From the human T2T-CHM13v2.0 reference genome, Homo sapiens: a DNA stretch of 64,000 bases. This document shows, piece after piece, positions 29,170 through 45,218 of the stretch. Within the stretch, counting starts at the first letter, position 1, and every line of letters starts with the position of its first letter. The stretch lies in NCBI RefSeq assembly GCF_009914755.1, contig NC_060929.1; one strand, written 5' to 3'. The position numbers were made by a program, and so were the translations under genes. The notes beneath the pieces are model-generated. The model was not told the DNA's origin. It saw nothing but the letters and a program-made list of their open reading frames with translations, and searched no databases.

Positions 29170-32100
29170 ACATCATTCCTCCAACAGGGGCGTCTGCCTG
29201 AGGAAGCAGAGGCGCCTGGACTTGAACCCACTTCACCAGTTAAATCATATTCCTGCAGGGTCACCCACAGAAAGCGTAAAATAATTAAAATTTTTTCTGG
29301 AAAATATTACATTTCCCATTGTTAAAGCAGCTCAGTGTAGAATTACCAGAGGGAAATCTCGGTCTCAAGATCAGAATTAATCTTAGGTCATTACCCCTCC
29401 ACATGCCCCTAGTGAAGTCCATAATACAACCTTCCAATCTGTATTTGAGTCCTTCTAATATAGGCAGTTCTTTGTAGCAAGTCCAATTATTCCTGCCTGA
29501 AACTTCTGTCTTTTACTCCTACTGCTCTTCCACATTATAGCTCTAAAAGATTTTTGAAGACAACTATCACATCTGTTTTTTGTCCTCTTCTCCATGGCAA
29601 ATAAGTTCATTATCACATGACATATTTCTAGACAGTAGATACTTCAGAATTCCTATATATGACAGGTTAGAGGAATTATCTTGGTTTCTTTTGTGGAGCA
29701 AACATACAGTTTCTACTTAGCTTTTAGATGACACTATTTTTGTCTCCCTAATAGTTGTCCAATTATTCAAATTACAACATTTACTTAGATTCTGCCATAA
29801 ATCCATAAATCAAACTCTGACACAATAGCTTGTAGGTTTTGAATATGTGCTTTGCTGATTTTCTCTTTTAGTTTTTTCTTTTCATTTTCTCTTTCTTTTC
29901 TTTATTTTTTGAAGGCTTTAGCAAGACATTGGGAGGTGAGAGTGCAGTGGGCAAAAATGCATTTTGCAGCCTTCTAATAGCATCTAAGCTAGTCAACATT
30001 CTCCTTAAAAGGTAATGTTCAAGAGGAAATCAAAACAAACAGAAACATATTACCATGGAACTATTCCTTCTTACAGTACTGTGTAGTACAATATGTTCAA
30101 CTTATAATGACCTAAAACTCCCCGTTATATTTTCCCTAAAGTGCCACTGTTTAGGCAGGTCTCCAGATTTGTATGTTTTATTTTTTAGCTTAAATATAGA
30201 ATTGATTTTATTTATGTAACTGGCTAAAGTAGATTATAACATTCAGATACATAAAATTGATGAGGTACATGAAAGATTCGCTTACCTTTTTAATTCCCAG
30301 AATAAAGATTCTAAGAGTAAATAAACTAAAATATTCAACAATATTATCTGGCAGAAAGTCCTGAAGGTAAATTTTCCTATTCTTCTGGCTGCCTTTTCCT
30401 ATCAGAGTTCTAACAAACCAAAAGGAATTTCAATTTCAGTGATATTACAAATGAAAAGTGCCTTAGAAAATAAGTGGGCCTAGTTTTTAAATAACCATGG
30501 AAATCCAACTAATTCAAAATAAAGTTTTATACTTTTCCATGCCTTCCAACTCTTCTACCTCAGTGAAACTGATTAGCTGCCTAATAAAAAAGTTATTAAA
30601 TGTTTTTAAATTAAAGAGCTCCAAGAAATAGCAGATCAATTTGGAAAAAATCAACTACAAGTCTCTAACTATAGTACCACACCAGATTCTTAATGAAAAG
30701 GGCATTTTACTTTCACAGCATTTTGATGGCCTACTACATATGTACTTTCTAAAGAATATAAGTTAATGGGTTTCCTGAAAAATACTGAAAATCCAATTAA
30801 TCTGAAAATAAATCTGAGTAATTGTAAGAATGTTTTGAGTTTATAGTAAAATATTAGAGCCTCTGAGACAAGAATTGAGAAATAAATCTGTTTTGGTTTC
30901 TAATGACAGTATTCCTCTGTGACAACTTTTAAACCACAGGAATTATCCTATTGGAGAATACAATTCTCTTATAAGATGTGCTTCCAATTAAGAACTACAT
31001 CATGGAAAGGCATGCCAAAAAACATTCTGACTCCATGGATAAATCCAGAGGGAAGATTTAAATAGTCATCAAGAAGGTAACTTATTTACATTAGATTTAC
31101 AAATCTGCAAATAAATTCTAGCAGCAAAGGAATGGCTCATTGGTATTAAGAATATAGCAAAGGCTTTAGATGAGCCATAGAGTTAATGTGTTTTGGAACT
31201 GAAAAAGAACTTTAGAGGTTATAAAAGAGGTATATAGAAAAACCTTCATTTAACAGAGGTAAAGTAATTTGTCCAAGAGTATGACCATAAACAGGAAATT
31301 TGACTTCAGTACTCTTCCTCTTTTAACTTACCTCATCTCTAGCATCTTTAAAACATCCTTTCTGATGATAAATGTGTTCATGCCACAACTCCAAAACTGT
31401 ATGCCATAGGATATTTTAAATTTTTGAGGGAAACACAGAAGATTCAACATATGTTGAACATCATGTGAACTACAGCTCAAGTTTGCATCTAATCAATGTG
31501 AAACAGGAGATGAGGGTCATGGTATCTGGTCTGATTCCAAGATCTGAGCAAATGTGTACTGTCCAACAGTGCTCATATCCTATAATTAAGTAATATGGTT
31601 ACTTTAAAAAGATATTGAAATATCTTTTGTCTTTCAATTTATATGTATTTTTTTCAAATGACATTAAATGTTTATATCATGGATACTTAAATTGTTTGGA
31701 CCTACATACTTAATAAAAAGATCTGTTGGGGTTTTGTTGGTTTAGACAGTTTTGCTGAGGTGCCCCATGAAAAAATAACAAAGACAATAAGGGCTCTGTA
31801 AACTGAGACAGTTTCAGAAACTCTGTGCTAATGTAAATGTGAGGTACATATACATGGAATGGCTTAAAGGTTCCATATAAACTTGATAATGAAATGAAAA
31901 GATGCTCTGTTTGTAAACACAGATAATCCCAGAAGGGAAGTCTGTTACTGGCTTTTGCCAATGTCGAAAGCATGGCTGAGATGCTGAGAAGGGAAGCAGA
32001 GGTTTTTAATAAGCTTATAATTCAGAGCAAAAATTAGCATTCAGAGCCCACCAAGGAGAACATAAAACCTGGTATGGTTTGGGACCTCAAAGGGTTATAG

Positions 32101-32452
32101 TCTTGGACTTAGTATGAAAAGAGGCATAGATATCACTCATAGGAAATAAAGATCATTTTAAATCATCTCACTCCCTTGGTTGGTTTACAATGATCTGAAA
32201 TTGCTAGTGCCCTTAGACTTGCTGCCTGCCAGGGCAAATACAAATCCTTTTTGGAATATTATTAAGATTGTCAAATTATCTCTATTATCATGCATATACA
32301 GCATTTGGGACACAATAAAAAAATCCAGGGATATAAGAAAATAATAATACTATACATCTGGAAACAAAGAGAAACAAAAGACATAGAAACCAGACCCCCT
32401 GTGGATTTACATAATGGAGATATAAGAGCTGAGCTTAAAAACCATTATGCTT

Positions 32453-32869
<417 letters not shown>

Positions 32870-33581
32870 TCACCAAAATTAAGACTCAGTGGATGGATTT
32901 AACAGGGTATTAGCCCAACTGAAAAAAAATAATGGGCTAAGAAGTCAGAAGAGAATATAAAAATTAAAATATGGAGGAAACAAAAGATGGAAAATACAGA
33001 AAAGAGCATAAATGATAGATAGGACATGGTAAAAATATCTAGGATACAAGTCTTTGGAATCCCAGAATAAAAGGAGTTGAAAAAAATAGAGGCAGAAGTA
33101 TAATATTTGAAGACATAATGGCTGAAAACTTTCCAAACTGATTAAATTTTCCAAAACTGATTAAAAACCCTGAAGTTAAGAAGCACTACAAAACCCAAGA
33201 TAATTACAAATAAAACAATACCTAGTCACAGAAAGGTAAAACGCGGCGAAAACCAAAGGGAAAAAAACCCCACAATCTTAAAACCAGCCAAAAATAAAAC
33301 AAACAAAACTGCATGTACAAGACTGACAGCTGGAACCTAAATAGAAACAGCAAAAGCCGGAACACACAGGAATGATATCTTCAAGACACTGAAAAAAAAA
33401 TGTCAACCTAGAGTTTTAAATCCAGCAAAAACATCCCCCTCCCTCAAAAAGCAGAATAAAAATATTTTTTCCCAACAAACAAAAAATGAGATTTTATAAT
33501 CAGCAGATCCACATAAATTATCATCTGCTAACTGAAGTGTACTCTTCAGAAGGAAAGAGAATACTTGGAGAAGAAAGCTCA

Positions 33582-33938
<357 letters not shown>

Positions 33939-34939
33939 TTAAAATGCATATAAAATTAAAATACAGAACAATAACATTTAAGTTGTGGGAGGTTAAATGC
34001 ATTAAAGTAGAAGGTTCTTTCATAGCACAGGAAATGGTAATAGTATTATTTTATATCATATGTTAATAAATCAAGGATAGTGATATAATCTCTGGGATAA
34101 GCATAAAAAGAACAATAAAAACAAGCTAATGGTGGGAGGTAGGAAAAGGATGGTAGGAAGAAAAAATTCAAACTAACATAAGACAATACAAGGAAGGAAC
34201 AGGAAACAGAAAATGAGAAGAATACATAGAAAATAGTAAAACCATAGATTTAAACCCAAATATATCAGTAATTACATTAAGTAAAAATGAACACTTTGTT
34301 AAAAATAAAAGATTATCAGACTAGATAAAGCCTTAAATATGAGGCTGTAGAAAATTTGAAAGTAAAAGGACAAAAAACAAGATATATATTGTGCAGACAT
34401 TAACCAAAAGAAAGTTGGTGAAATACCAGACAAAGGAGACTTTGAGGCAAAATACAACTGTTAGATGCTGGGATAGTGTTCTACAGATGTGATGGGAGAG
34501 AAAGCAGATAAAAGGAGAATTTACACAAAAATTCCATTTCTTTGCATTATTGTCAATTCAATGCACTTACCACATACCTTACTATCAGATTTTAGATGAC
34601 AGAGATGCTTTAGTTCAATTCCCCATATGTAAAAGAAGAGATAACTGGGGTCCAGCGATATTATCATATGCCTAGTTTCAGATTACTTAGCTAGTTTGTG
34701 CATAGTTTAGTTCATAGTAGCATTCAGACTCCCCAGTGCCAAGCTGCACAGTCTACATCTCCTTCTTCCTCTATCAGGCTTCTTTTTTTTTTTTTGTCAT
34801 TTCTTGTTAAGGAATAATTGTCAGTTTTTGCTACTACTCCCCAAAACTTAAAAATTCAAATACATTATGTTTTCTGGACTAATTTTATATGCAAGTGAAA
34901 TATTTGAGATTATTCTGCTAAAATAGCAACATGTAGAGT

Positions 34940-35170
34940 ATATCATAACTTACATATAACACTATATGTTAGGCACTATTCTAAGTGTCTTATATAAACT
35001 CATTAAATTCTCTCAACTAGTAAATGGTGTAAGTATCATTATTATCCTTATTTTATCAGTGGAGAAACCAAAGCACAGAGAGGTTCATTAACAAGATCGC
35101 CTAGATAATAAAAAGGCTAGAATTGAAACCTAGGCTTCAGAGTCTGTGTACTTACTTAACCAACTAAAAG
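34940..35170 (-). mobile_element. MIR
   Basis: ttaggcactattctaagtg...attattatccttattttatcagtggagaaaccaaagcacagagagg. Confidence 0.75.
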
Positions 35171-36474
35171 CTCTTGACTGGGATGTAGGTGGGTTCTACC
35201 ACAAACTAGATGTCTGACCTTCACATTTCTAAATCTCCTTCCTCAGAAACAGAAATAAGAAACTTTACCAAATACTGCCTAAAGCTTACTTTAATTTTCA
35301 AAAATCTGATTTTCAATAGTAAAACTTCATGGTATAATTATATCCTTAACTCTAGATAAATTAAAGGAATACTGTGCCTTTCAGAGAGTTCATCAAGTGC
35401 AAACTAAAGGGCAGAAGAAGTTCAGGGTGTTTTTTAAAAGTACAGCAGTCTAATCAATAAAATAATTGCATTCAAAAAACTATTTGAAAAAAGTATATAG
35501 TTTTAGTTTTCCTTGGCTGGGTTTTAAGAGAATAAGAGAATCTACGTCATTACAAAAACAAATAAACAAGCCAAACCTCCTTTAATTAAGTTCCAGGAAG
35601 GCAAGCAAACTTATTAATTAAATGTTTCGTGCATATTATAGATGGCATGTTAGTTTAGGTCACATTTATGATACATCATATAAAATTATGCTACATGTAT
35701 TTTTATATGTTTACATGTATAGGTTATATGAGCCGTGTGTAATCAATGTGCAGATTTATGTCTTTTTACAATATAATAACATATATGATGAGAGTTTAAC
35801 GGTAGTATTTTTATTTTGCCTTTTTATTGTACTGCTGGCAGTATTTTTGTTATAAAAATCAGCTCTATATAATCAATTTTCCAAAGCCTCTGTCAGTCAA
35901 AGTAAGTAATAAATGTAAATCTTCCCTTCTGAAAGACTGGCTTGTCCTGGAGATATATGAAACAGTGTAAACTTGTAAGCTCTTGGTGAGGGAAATGGAA
36001 GGAGTTGGAAGAACATTTTCTGGGTCTTTTCAAAATGCTAAAGGTCCCCTATGTTTCCTTTTATTTAATATGAAGCCAGAGCCGAAAGGAATACATTAGG
36101 AAGCAACTGTTTTCTGGATGATTACAAGGAAATGGTGTTCCACAGCAAAGTAAAATGCCAACTAAGAATGAATGTAGGATATATAGTAAACTGCAAATAG
36201 AATAAGGAAAGCAGAAGCACAAAATTAGAACGAAAGCAAGGTCATTTGTCCTGAAAATCAATAAAACTCATTTCTATTTTCCCATATAAAAATTATAATT
36301 TCCACATAACTTGGTAAGCAAAAAAAAAAGTATAGTAACCCTATATTACATAAATTATTACATCTTTTTTTCTACATCTTTTGCCCTATGTCAAGATTAA
36401 CCTTCACAATGTGATACAAGAACTTATTGAAAATAGTGGAAGCATTCGTTATTAATAGCAATAGTAGACATAGC

Positions 36475-36680
36475 GGCTAACATTATTAAGTGCTTATGAT
36501 ATACCAGATTGTACTAAACACATTACATGAATCATCATATTTAATTCTACTAAAACCTCTATTGGATACACATTATTACTAGCCACATTTTATAGAATAA
36601 AAAAGCTTTAGAGGAATTAAGTGACTTGCCCAAGATCAGGAGCTTATAAATGGTTCAGCTGGGATTTAAACCGAGGTAGA
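36475..36680 (-). mobile_element. MIR
   Basis: taagtgacttgcccaagatca...agctgggatttaaacc. Confidence 0.75.
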
Positions 36681-37529
36681 TAGAGCAAAAGCACACTCAC
36701 AAACTTTAAAAAAAATCATAGGAGCACATTATAATTCCATAATTATTCACATAGATTCATATTTTCCTTTAATCAGCAATTACACATGTGGATTAACTAT
36801 CAAGTCAACAATATCATGTTAGTGACTATTTCCAAATAAGAACCAGAGTATACTTAAATTACAGAGCCACTGAAGTCCCACACTGACAGCACTTCTATAA
36901 AGTACCCTCTTCTCCTTGTTCCTTCTTGCCATTCCAAAATCCCAGAGAACGTCAGTGCTTGGAAAGGATAGAATGGCATTACAAAAACCAGACTGACCTA
37001 TTACGTTAATTAGGAAAAATTTTTACTTATAAAAAGTCATCATATAATTGAATTTAAATTGTTTCTGGATTTCAAAAAATGTATATAATTTAACAAGAAC
37101 AGGGAAAAGGGCCAAAGATTTTTAAAAAGTATCAAAGGAACAAAAAGCAGTAAAAGGGAAAGAAAAATGAGTAAGAGGGAATGCAGAAAAGGAAAAAAGA
37201 AGAAAATTGATAAAAAAGATAGTGATTAAGAGTGAGAAAGATTAACAGAAGTAAATTATAAAAGTAAGTTATAAATTTATAAAAGTAATTTACACCAGTA
37301 AAGGTAAATCACAAAAAGTAGACTGACAGCAAAAATGAGAAAAAAAGCAATTATCAACTTTCTATAGATCTCTTCATTTTTTTTTTCTAGACTTCTGTTC
37401 TTTAGTAGCTATTCAGACATAGTGCTTGCTATTTTGTACGATGGGAAAATACTAACAAAATGCCACACTCCCTAAGTAACAATCTATCCTTCTCTGTTAA
37501 CAATTTTTTTTCTTTTTGGAGTACATAGA

Positions 37530-38090
37530 CTAAAATTAAAGAACCTAAATTGTATACGAAATATGCCAGGTAAAGAAATCTGGATTTCTTCCTGAAAGTA
37601 CTAGGAAATCATTAGGCATTTTTGAGTAGAGCTTGATAAAAGCAGAGTTTAGGGAATATTATTCTGGCAACAGGGAAGGTAGCAAGAGGCAAAAGATAGT
37701 TTGGAAGATGCTGGCAGATGAAGAGGGGGTTGAGTCAAACATCAAAGTTTCAAGTCATTGAAGAATAAAAGGAAAATGATATCAGGAATAGAATTATGAA
37801 ACCCACATGGAGAAAACAAGTTTCTTATTGTTTTTTTTCATAAAGTTTTTCTTTGTTTAAATTTGGCTGGGGAGGAGTGATTTTAGTTATTTTCAAAACA
37901 TGGCAGAATGACATCCAAGTACAAATGTCCAATGAATCAATTGGAGAAGAAAGGCTAAAGCTTGAGAGGTAATGGGGTGTCATCCCAGTAAAGATGAGAA
38001 AGTGAATTATGAGGGCAAAAGAGAAAAATTAGCAGAGTGGCTGCTCTAAGTGCTAAGGTCTAAGAAGAGTTCATTAACAAAATAAAAAGG
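37530..38090 (-). mobile_element. L2 remnant
   Basis: Purine-rich degenerate match (gccaggtaaagaaatctggattt; gacatccaagtacaaatgtcca). Confidence 0.55.
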
Positions 38091-38258
38091 ACAGATCACA
38101 TCACAAATGTACAGACCTCATTCAGGATTATTTAAAGATGAACTACCTCAATATGTTTTGAATTTTAATCTTAGCTGCTTCTGTCCTCATCCACTACAGA
38201 AATAAGAATGGAAATATTCTGGTTGTGAAAGCTACGGTTTCTACTGAATAATTTCAAA

Positions 38259-38421
38259 CAGCTGACAGTAAACACAGCACTCAGCCCTTCCACATGCACA
38301 CACCATGTAATCAGATAAAAGCTTTCACAATAGGAAACGGAAGCTGTCAAATAGCCCCTAGATACTACCTAGTGAATGAGTACTTTTGCCAGTTCCTGTC
38401 TGGACCAGCTGCCAATGACAG
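38259..38421. promoter_or_regulatory. Putative enhancer motif cluster
   Basis: 2x CAGCTG, 3x TGACAG/CTGTCA, GTAAACA, AGATAA, CGGAAG, TGCCAA in 163 bp of unique DNA. Confidence 0.35.
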
Positions 38422-39463
38422 TTTTCAAATTAATTAAAACATATGGCTATTAAATTCATACCTAACAGGCTTTACAAATAGGCCTCTTTGCACCACATAT
38501 GTATTCACAAAAAGTTACAGTAAATTTAAATTTAAAATTTAAGAGATGCTTTATCTTAATTTCTGATTGTACTTAATTTGTTAAGGAGTTTATGTTCTAT
38601 AGGTAATATTTAATGTATTAATGAAACAAACTATTTCAATGGGCCTTGCAGAAAGGTTCCATAAAACAAAAATTACCATCTCCTGGTTTCTGGTTTGAAA
38701 ATGTGAACTGTGAGGAATGGGAGTGGTTGGTGAAAGGGGCTTTCCTGTAGAATAAAAATTCCTGTATTTCTATTAATTTATGGACTTTAGGAGGCAAACT
38801 ATTAAGGCAGAACTATAGAAATTATTAACTACTGTTCAAAAAACTTTCAGAGATATCAATCTAACTGTATAGCAATTAGATGGTATTGACCTGTTTGAGA
38901 AAAAAACAGGGGTAGTACCCCTGTACTCGTGGGTAGAAGAAACAGAATCACAGTGGTTATATCCTTGACAGTGGAGAATCCATGTTAACTCCAAATTCAA
39001 CTCAACCAAATGACAACTCAGCCAAAAGATATCCAATATGAATGAAAATAATACTGGTTTTCTATGTTAGTTCTAAGTTTAAACTATAAATCTTAATTTT
39101 GGTTGGGAAAAGTCACCCAACCCCGATGTTTATGTTCCCAGGTTTTATTGCTTTTATCTGCCTTGTGTTAAAATTATTATTTGACCCTAGTAGATCATTT
39201 CTGTATGAAAGAGACATACCTTATTATCAGTCCTCATACAGTCAGGCCTAGTACATTACATTAAGTATATATCTGTTCAATGTCAAGGTACTTATAAGGG
39301 AAAACATTTTAACTGGAATATTCCTAAAAAATTTCAGTGTAGGTAAAAAAAAAAAAAAAAATGATTTGCTAATAGAAGGCAAGGACATACAATGACACCA
39401 TATGTTAACACCAAATGCTGATTTCAAAGTGCTCAGCTTCTAGTTCCACTATGATCCCAGTAC

Positions 39464-39552
39464 CTTATTCTTCAGGCGTAAGATGATTAAAGATAATCTT
39501 CAATATAATTATGTTCATTATGGAGGTCTTTAGACCACGAAAAATCTCAGAT
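39464..39552 (-). other. Candidate 89-nt non-coding (5' UTR/lncRNA) exon
   Basis: Strong acceptor tattttttcctttattgtag|ATC; donor AAG|gtactg; stops in all frames; uORF MNIIILKIIFNHLTPEE*. Confidence 0.6.
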
Positions 39553-41145
39553 CTACAATAAAGGAAAAAATATAGGCCAAATACAAAATATTCTGCTTTT
39601 CTAATGACAGCATCAAAGAATCCAAGAGAAAGTTACGTAAAAGTGCAGGTTTCATAGGTCAAATAAACAGTCTACTACTCTGGTTCTATAAGCATACTAA
39701 TGGTCTGGTAACTGATAGGCAACAATTAATTACAATTCAAGCTTTTATTGCCTGCTCTGCCAGGAACATAGAGAAGAAGAACAGTGGGCAAGGTATGCTG
39801 TAAGTAAGATCGAGTCCCTTAAGGCCAGAAATGCTAAACTGGGAATAACCATGAGCATATAATCCCTGAGGACATGAAGAATACTAAAGAGGCGACAGGA
39901 TGGATAGAAGGCTTGAGCGGCATTTGGGTTAAATGTAGAATGGAGGTGTTTGACTAGGTGATCCGAAAAGTCACTGTTAGCTCTAAAAATCTGTTACTTT
40001 ATACCTTACAATTTTGTGAAGGCTGTATCATGTTAACAGAAACCTGCAGAGCCAAGAGGAAAGATCCAGTAAGAACAAGAATAACTCTAAGTTGAAAAAT
40101 TCCATTTCAACCTTTTAAAAACAGTAGAGAAAAAATGGTAACTGTTTCTCATAGAAGACAAATGAAAATGTTTTTGCTGGGAGAATCTATCAGTTGTAGC
40201 TCCTTATTGCCTAAAATTAAGCATAGTACAATGATTAAAGTATATGAGTTTATGAGATAAAGTGTATTTTATATTTTGCAGAAAAAAACTAGGAAGAATA
40301 GTCTTGTTCTCCTAATGGAGGCTCTGTGTTCTGTCTCCTCAAAATTTCCCACTTGACTGTCTCAATTTAAGCAAGGATATGCACAGAAAAATTATATTTA
40401 AAAGATGAAAAGGTCACATAATTGCTTCAAAAAGAAATGTCTTGATTGGTTCAAACTTTATTCTAACTATAAATTCTAACCATAATTCTAACTAAAAATA
40501 TAAAAACATTCAGAAATTTAGATTTAAAGCTTACTATATTAAAAAATATAAAAATGTCCTTATTGATAGTAATCAAATTGTAACTCAGCTAAGTCCTTTT
40601 CCTTTCACTCAGTTTTTCAAAAGCCTTTTTAACAAACTGAGCCTTAAAGTAAATAGCTTTTCCCTTGGTATAGAAGCTCAGTTTGTCTAAGTATTAGATT
40701 AAAGCTCTGGTTGTTTTGTCTAAGAAAAGCCATCTTTACAAAATAAAAGCATTCATCTTTGTTTGGGGTTGACATCTATGAGCTGCTGTTATTTTTCTCT
40801 TTAACGAACTTTAAAGAAATACTAAAAGTAAAATAAATAAAGTATTTAACAAGACTATGTTTTCTTTATTTTTATGAAATTCATGCTTTTAAGAATTCAG
40901 GATACAAAGGATGACAGATTTCCATTTTAAAAATTTAAGAAATTACTAGTTCAATAATTATTCTCATAAATTCACAAAAAGAAAGCATTCATTCTCCTGA
41001 AAACAGTTCATATTGAACCTAATGCATATGTACTCAATTTTTATATTAGATTTGCTACTACACAGTAAAATTAACTTTATAATATGTACTTTTCATTTAT
41101 AGAAGATATAATAATGATAAAAATCTGAAGAAAAATCTTCAATAA

Positions 41146-41489
<344 letters not shown>

Positions 41490-41535
41490 TTACTGTCTTC
41501 TTTTAACATATAGATTTCCTAAAATATAAATAACA

Positions 41536-41848
41536 GGCCAGGCACAGAGGCTCACATCTGTAATCTCAGCACTTTGGGAGGCCAAGGCAGGAAGATAACT
41601 TAAGGCCTGGAATTTGAGACCAGCCTGGGCAACACAGTGAGACCCCATCTTTAACAAATAACATAAAAACAAAAATTAGCCAGGCATGGTGGTATGTACC
41701 ACCATGGGAAGTCTGAGGTAGGAGGATCCTTTGATCCCAGGAGTTGGAGGCTGCAGTGAGCTATGATCATGCTACTGCACTCCAGTGTGGGTGATCCTGA
41801 GTGAGATCCTGTCTCAAAATCAAATCAAATCAAACATAAATAATAAAC
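41536..41848 (+). mobile_element. Alu (AluJ-like)
   Basis: ggccaggcacagaggctcac...ggaggctgcagtgagctatgat; (tcaaa)n tail. Confidence 0.92.
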
Positions 41849-41944
41849 AAGTATAGGAACTATTCTGAAAACTAATTACATCAAATAAAAAATAGGTTCC
41901 ACCCACATGTATGCCTCTTCTTCATTTTCAAGAGTAGCCATTGA

Positions 41945-42306
<362 letters not shown>

Positions 42307-44167
42307 TCAACTAGAATATTTTAGATCATTGGTGACATATATAGAAGCTATTTCTAATGAACAACTTCTTCGCTTTCAAACAGAGATGAAGTTTCCGTTC
42401 ATGTTTACCCGTCAAATGCCAATGTCATTCCAGAAAGGTGCATCCATAATTATTTTCTAGCCTATTTCAAATCTACCTTCATCAAATGTAGTTTTCCAAC
42501 TAGTGTTAATACCCTAGATGTTAAATATAACAGTGCTATTATTGAATTTTTAAAATACAATGATTATATTACAACAGTTTCTGTATTCAAAAACTAGTTT
42601 GATACAGTTGAATTAGTTAGAAAGTATAACACTGATCTGTGTTACTTAACAAGCTTTAAAGATGTTTCTACACACATCATAAATCTGGAGAGAAGACAAT
42701 AAATTAGCCAGTTATAGAGCTATTCATTAATAAGTAGGTAGGTTTTTTTTATAGTGATCTGTGAAATATTTAAATATTTGGCCTAAAATTTTTAAAGCTT
42801 CGTCTAGATGTTTTCCAAGAATTCATTCTATTATCAGATAATTATACTTTAACTGAATTTTTAATAGTCCTAGTAATACGCATTATATTTGAAAGAATTA
42901 CAGAATATATATAATTTTTCACATTAAAGCAAATGCTTATGCATACTTACAATATGCTAGGCTCCTTTAGGCTAAGCACTAGGCATTCATAATTTTTAAC
43001 TCTTATCAGTACAAAGAAATAATTTATAAAGCTTTGCTATCCTGAATCTGGCAACCTTTTAAACTCTATTTTAACCTTCAAAAATGTTGCAAGAGAACAA
43101 AATACAGCAGATTCATTCTTATAAAAGTTGCTCTCCAAGTTGTTCAGTGGTATGCTAGAGGAAAACACAGGAAACAAAGGCCAAACAAGTATCCTATGTG
43201 ATATGAAGGAAACAGGAAAACCAAGCCCAGCACGGATATAAATGCTAGAAGTCTCAATTATAAAATAGAAGAACTATAATGTTTAGCAACAAGAGGACTC
43301 TCTCCTATGAATATTAAGTAAGGTAGCAGAAGAATAGATAAGAGCAAACTGAGGAAGATACATAATATTTCTATGTGCAGAAATTCTACACAAGATAAAA
43401 ATTATGTTAAGTATATGCCTAATCTAATTCACTAGGATGAGACAGTTGTAATTTTTTAAATCATGGCCTTAAATACTTCCATATAGCATATAATGCTGTC
43501 ATATAAAAATTAACATATATTTTCTCACTTAGTCTTCATAACAACTCTATGAGTTAAGTAGTTTAAGATAAAGAAATAATAAAAGAGAAATACATAATAG
43601 TCATATTTCATATAAACTATTACATAAGAAAAGTAGGTCTTCCTATACTATAAATAGTTCTAGAATCCACAAAAGCAGAAAATATATGGGTCAGGGATCT
43701 GAGTCTCAACAATACTGGTGAAAAAAAGTGATTGTGAGTTTATATTTGCTTCAGAGTAATAACGTACAATTATTTCTCCCCACCAACCCACCCCATACTC
43801 AATCCTCCCTTAGTTACATTACTCTGTCTCTCTGGCATATCCTTTGCCCTTTTTTTCTACCTCTCCTTATACTACCTATCTTCAGTTTAATTCCAGTCTC
43901 CTCCTGAAAGCGTTCCCAAGTGAATTCAATCTATTCTCATTTCTTCCTTCTCTGCATACTGAATTTAAGATAATCCTAGATATAAGATATAAGCTAAATC
44001 TAGGTCTTATTCTAAAATTTCATTTGCAAATCAGTTGTTTGAAACTTGAAATTTTACATAAGGAAGCATGTTATAAAATTTTGTCACATTTCCAGCCTGT
44101 GGTACAAAGGTATTAAAAAAAATCTGCAATTGACAAAAATTGTGTGTGTGTATATATATATATATAT

Positions 44168-44985
44168 GGTTTACAGCATATTTTCATAAATGTATACACT
44201 ATGGAATGGCTGAATCAAGCTAATTAACATATCTATTTCCTCACATATTTATTATTTTGGTGTTAAGAACACTTAAAATCTACTTTCTTAGCCATTTTCA
44301 AGTATACATTATTATTAACTATAGTCATTATGCTGTACAATGGATATCCTAAACTTACTTCTCCTGTTTAACTGAAAATTTAGATCCTTTGACCAGCATC
44401 TCCCCAGTATCCCTCCCCACCAGCCTCTGGTAACCACCATTCTACTCTCCATTTCTATGAGTTCATTTTTTTAGATATGAGATCATGTGGTATTTGTCTT
44501 TCTGTGCCTGGCTTCATACACTTAATATAACATCCTCCCGGTTCATCCACATTGTCACAAGTGACAGAATTTCCTTTCTTTTTAAGGCTGACTAGTATTT
44601 CATTATGTATATAACCTGCATTTTCTTTATCCACTCAACTACTGACGGATACGTAGGTTGATTCTATGTCTTGGTTACTGTGAATAATGCTGCAATGAAC
44701 ATGGGAATGCAAATATCTCTTTGACATACTTATTTCATTTCCTTTGGATATATACCTAGAATTAGAATTTCTGGATTATATGGTAGCTCTATTTTTAATT
44801 TTAAAGGAACTCCTGTAATGTTTTCCATAATGACTGTACTAATTTTCATTCTCACCAAAAGTGTACAGTACGAGGGTTCCCTTTACTCCACATCCTTGCC
44901 AACATTTGTTATCTATTGTCTTTTTGATAACAGCCATCTTAATAGGTGTTAGGTGATATCTCATTGTGGTTTTAATTTGCATTTC
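44168..44985 (-). mobile_element. L1MA-like 3' end, with (TG)n(TA)n at 44141-44167
   Basis: tggtaaccaccattctactctc; tgtgaataatgctgcaatgaacatggga; atctcattgtggttttaatttgcatttc. Confidence 0.88.
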
Positions 44986-45218
44986 TTCACAAAAGCCTTT
45001 TAAACAAACAATAGTAGAAACACTATTTGAAGTGAAAGGTAATAAATTATTTCATAATATTAATTATTAAGCCAATCAGTAAAAGGAAGTAAACTAAAAG
45101 AAAATAATAGCTTATTACATATGTCATAACAGAACATGAGGAAACATTCCAGTTCTGTATTGATTCTAAATAGAACTTTTGGATGTTTTCTGTAAGGATC
45201 TTCAGAGTCTAACTGCAG

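Noticed and set aside
31320-31345. Isolated consensus minus-strand donors (also ~9335, 34565, 46983, 57175)
   Set aside because: No convincing paired acceptor; expected background.
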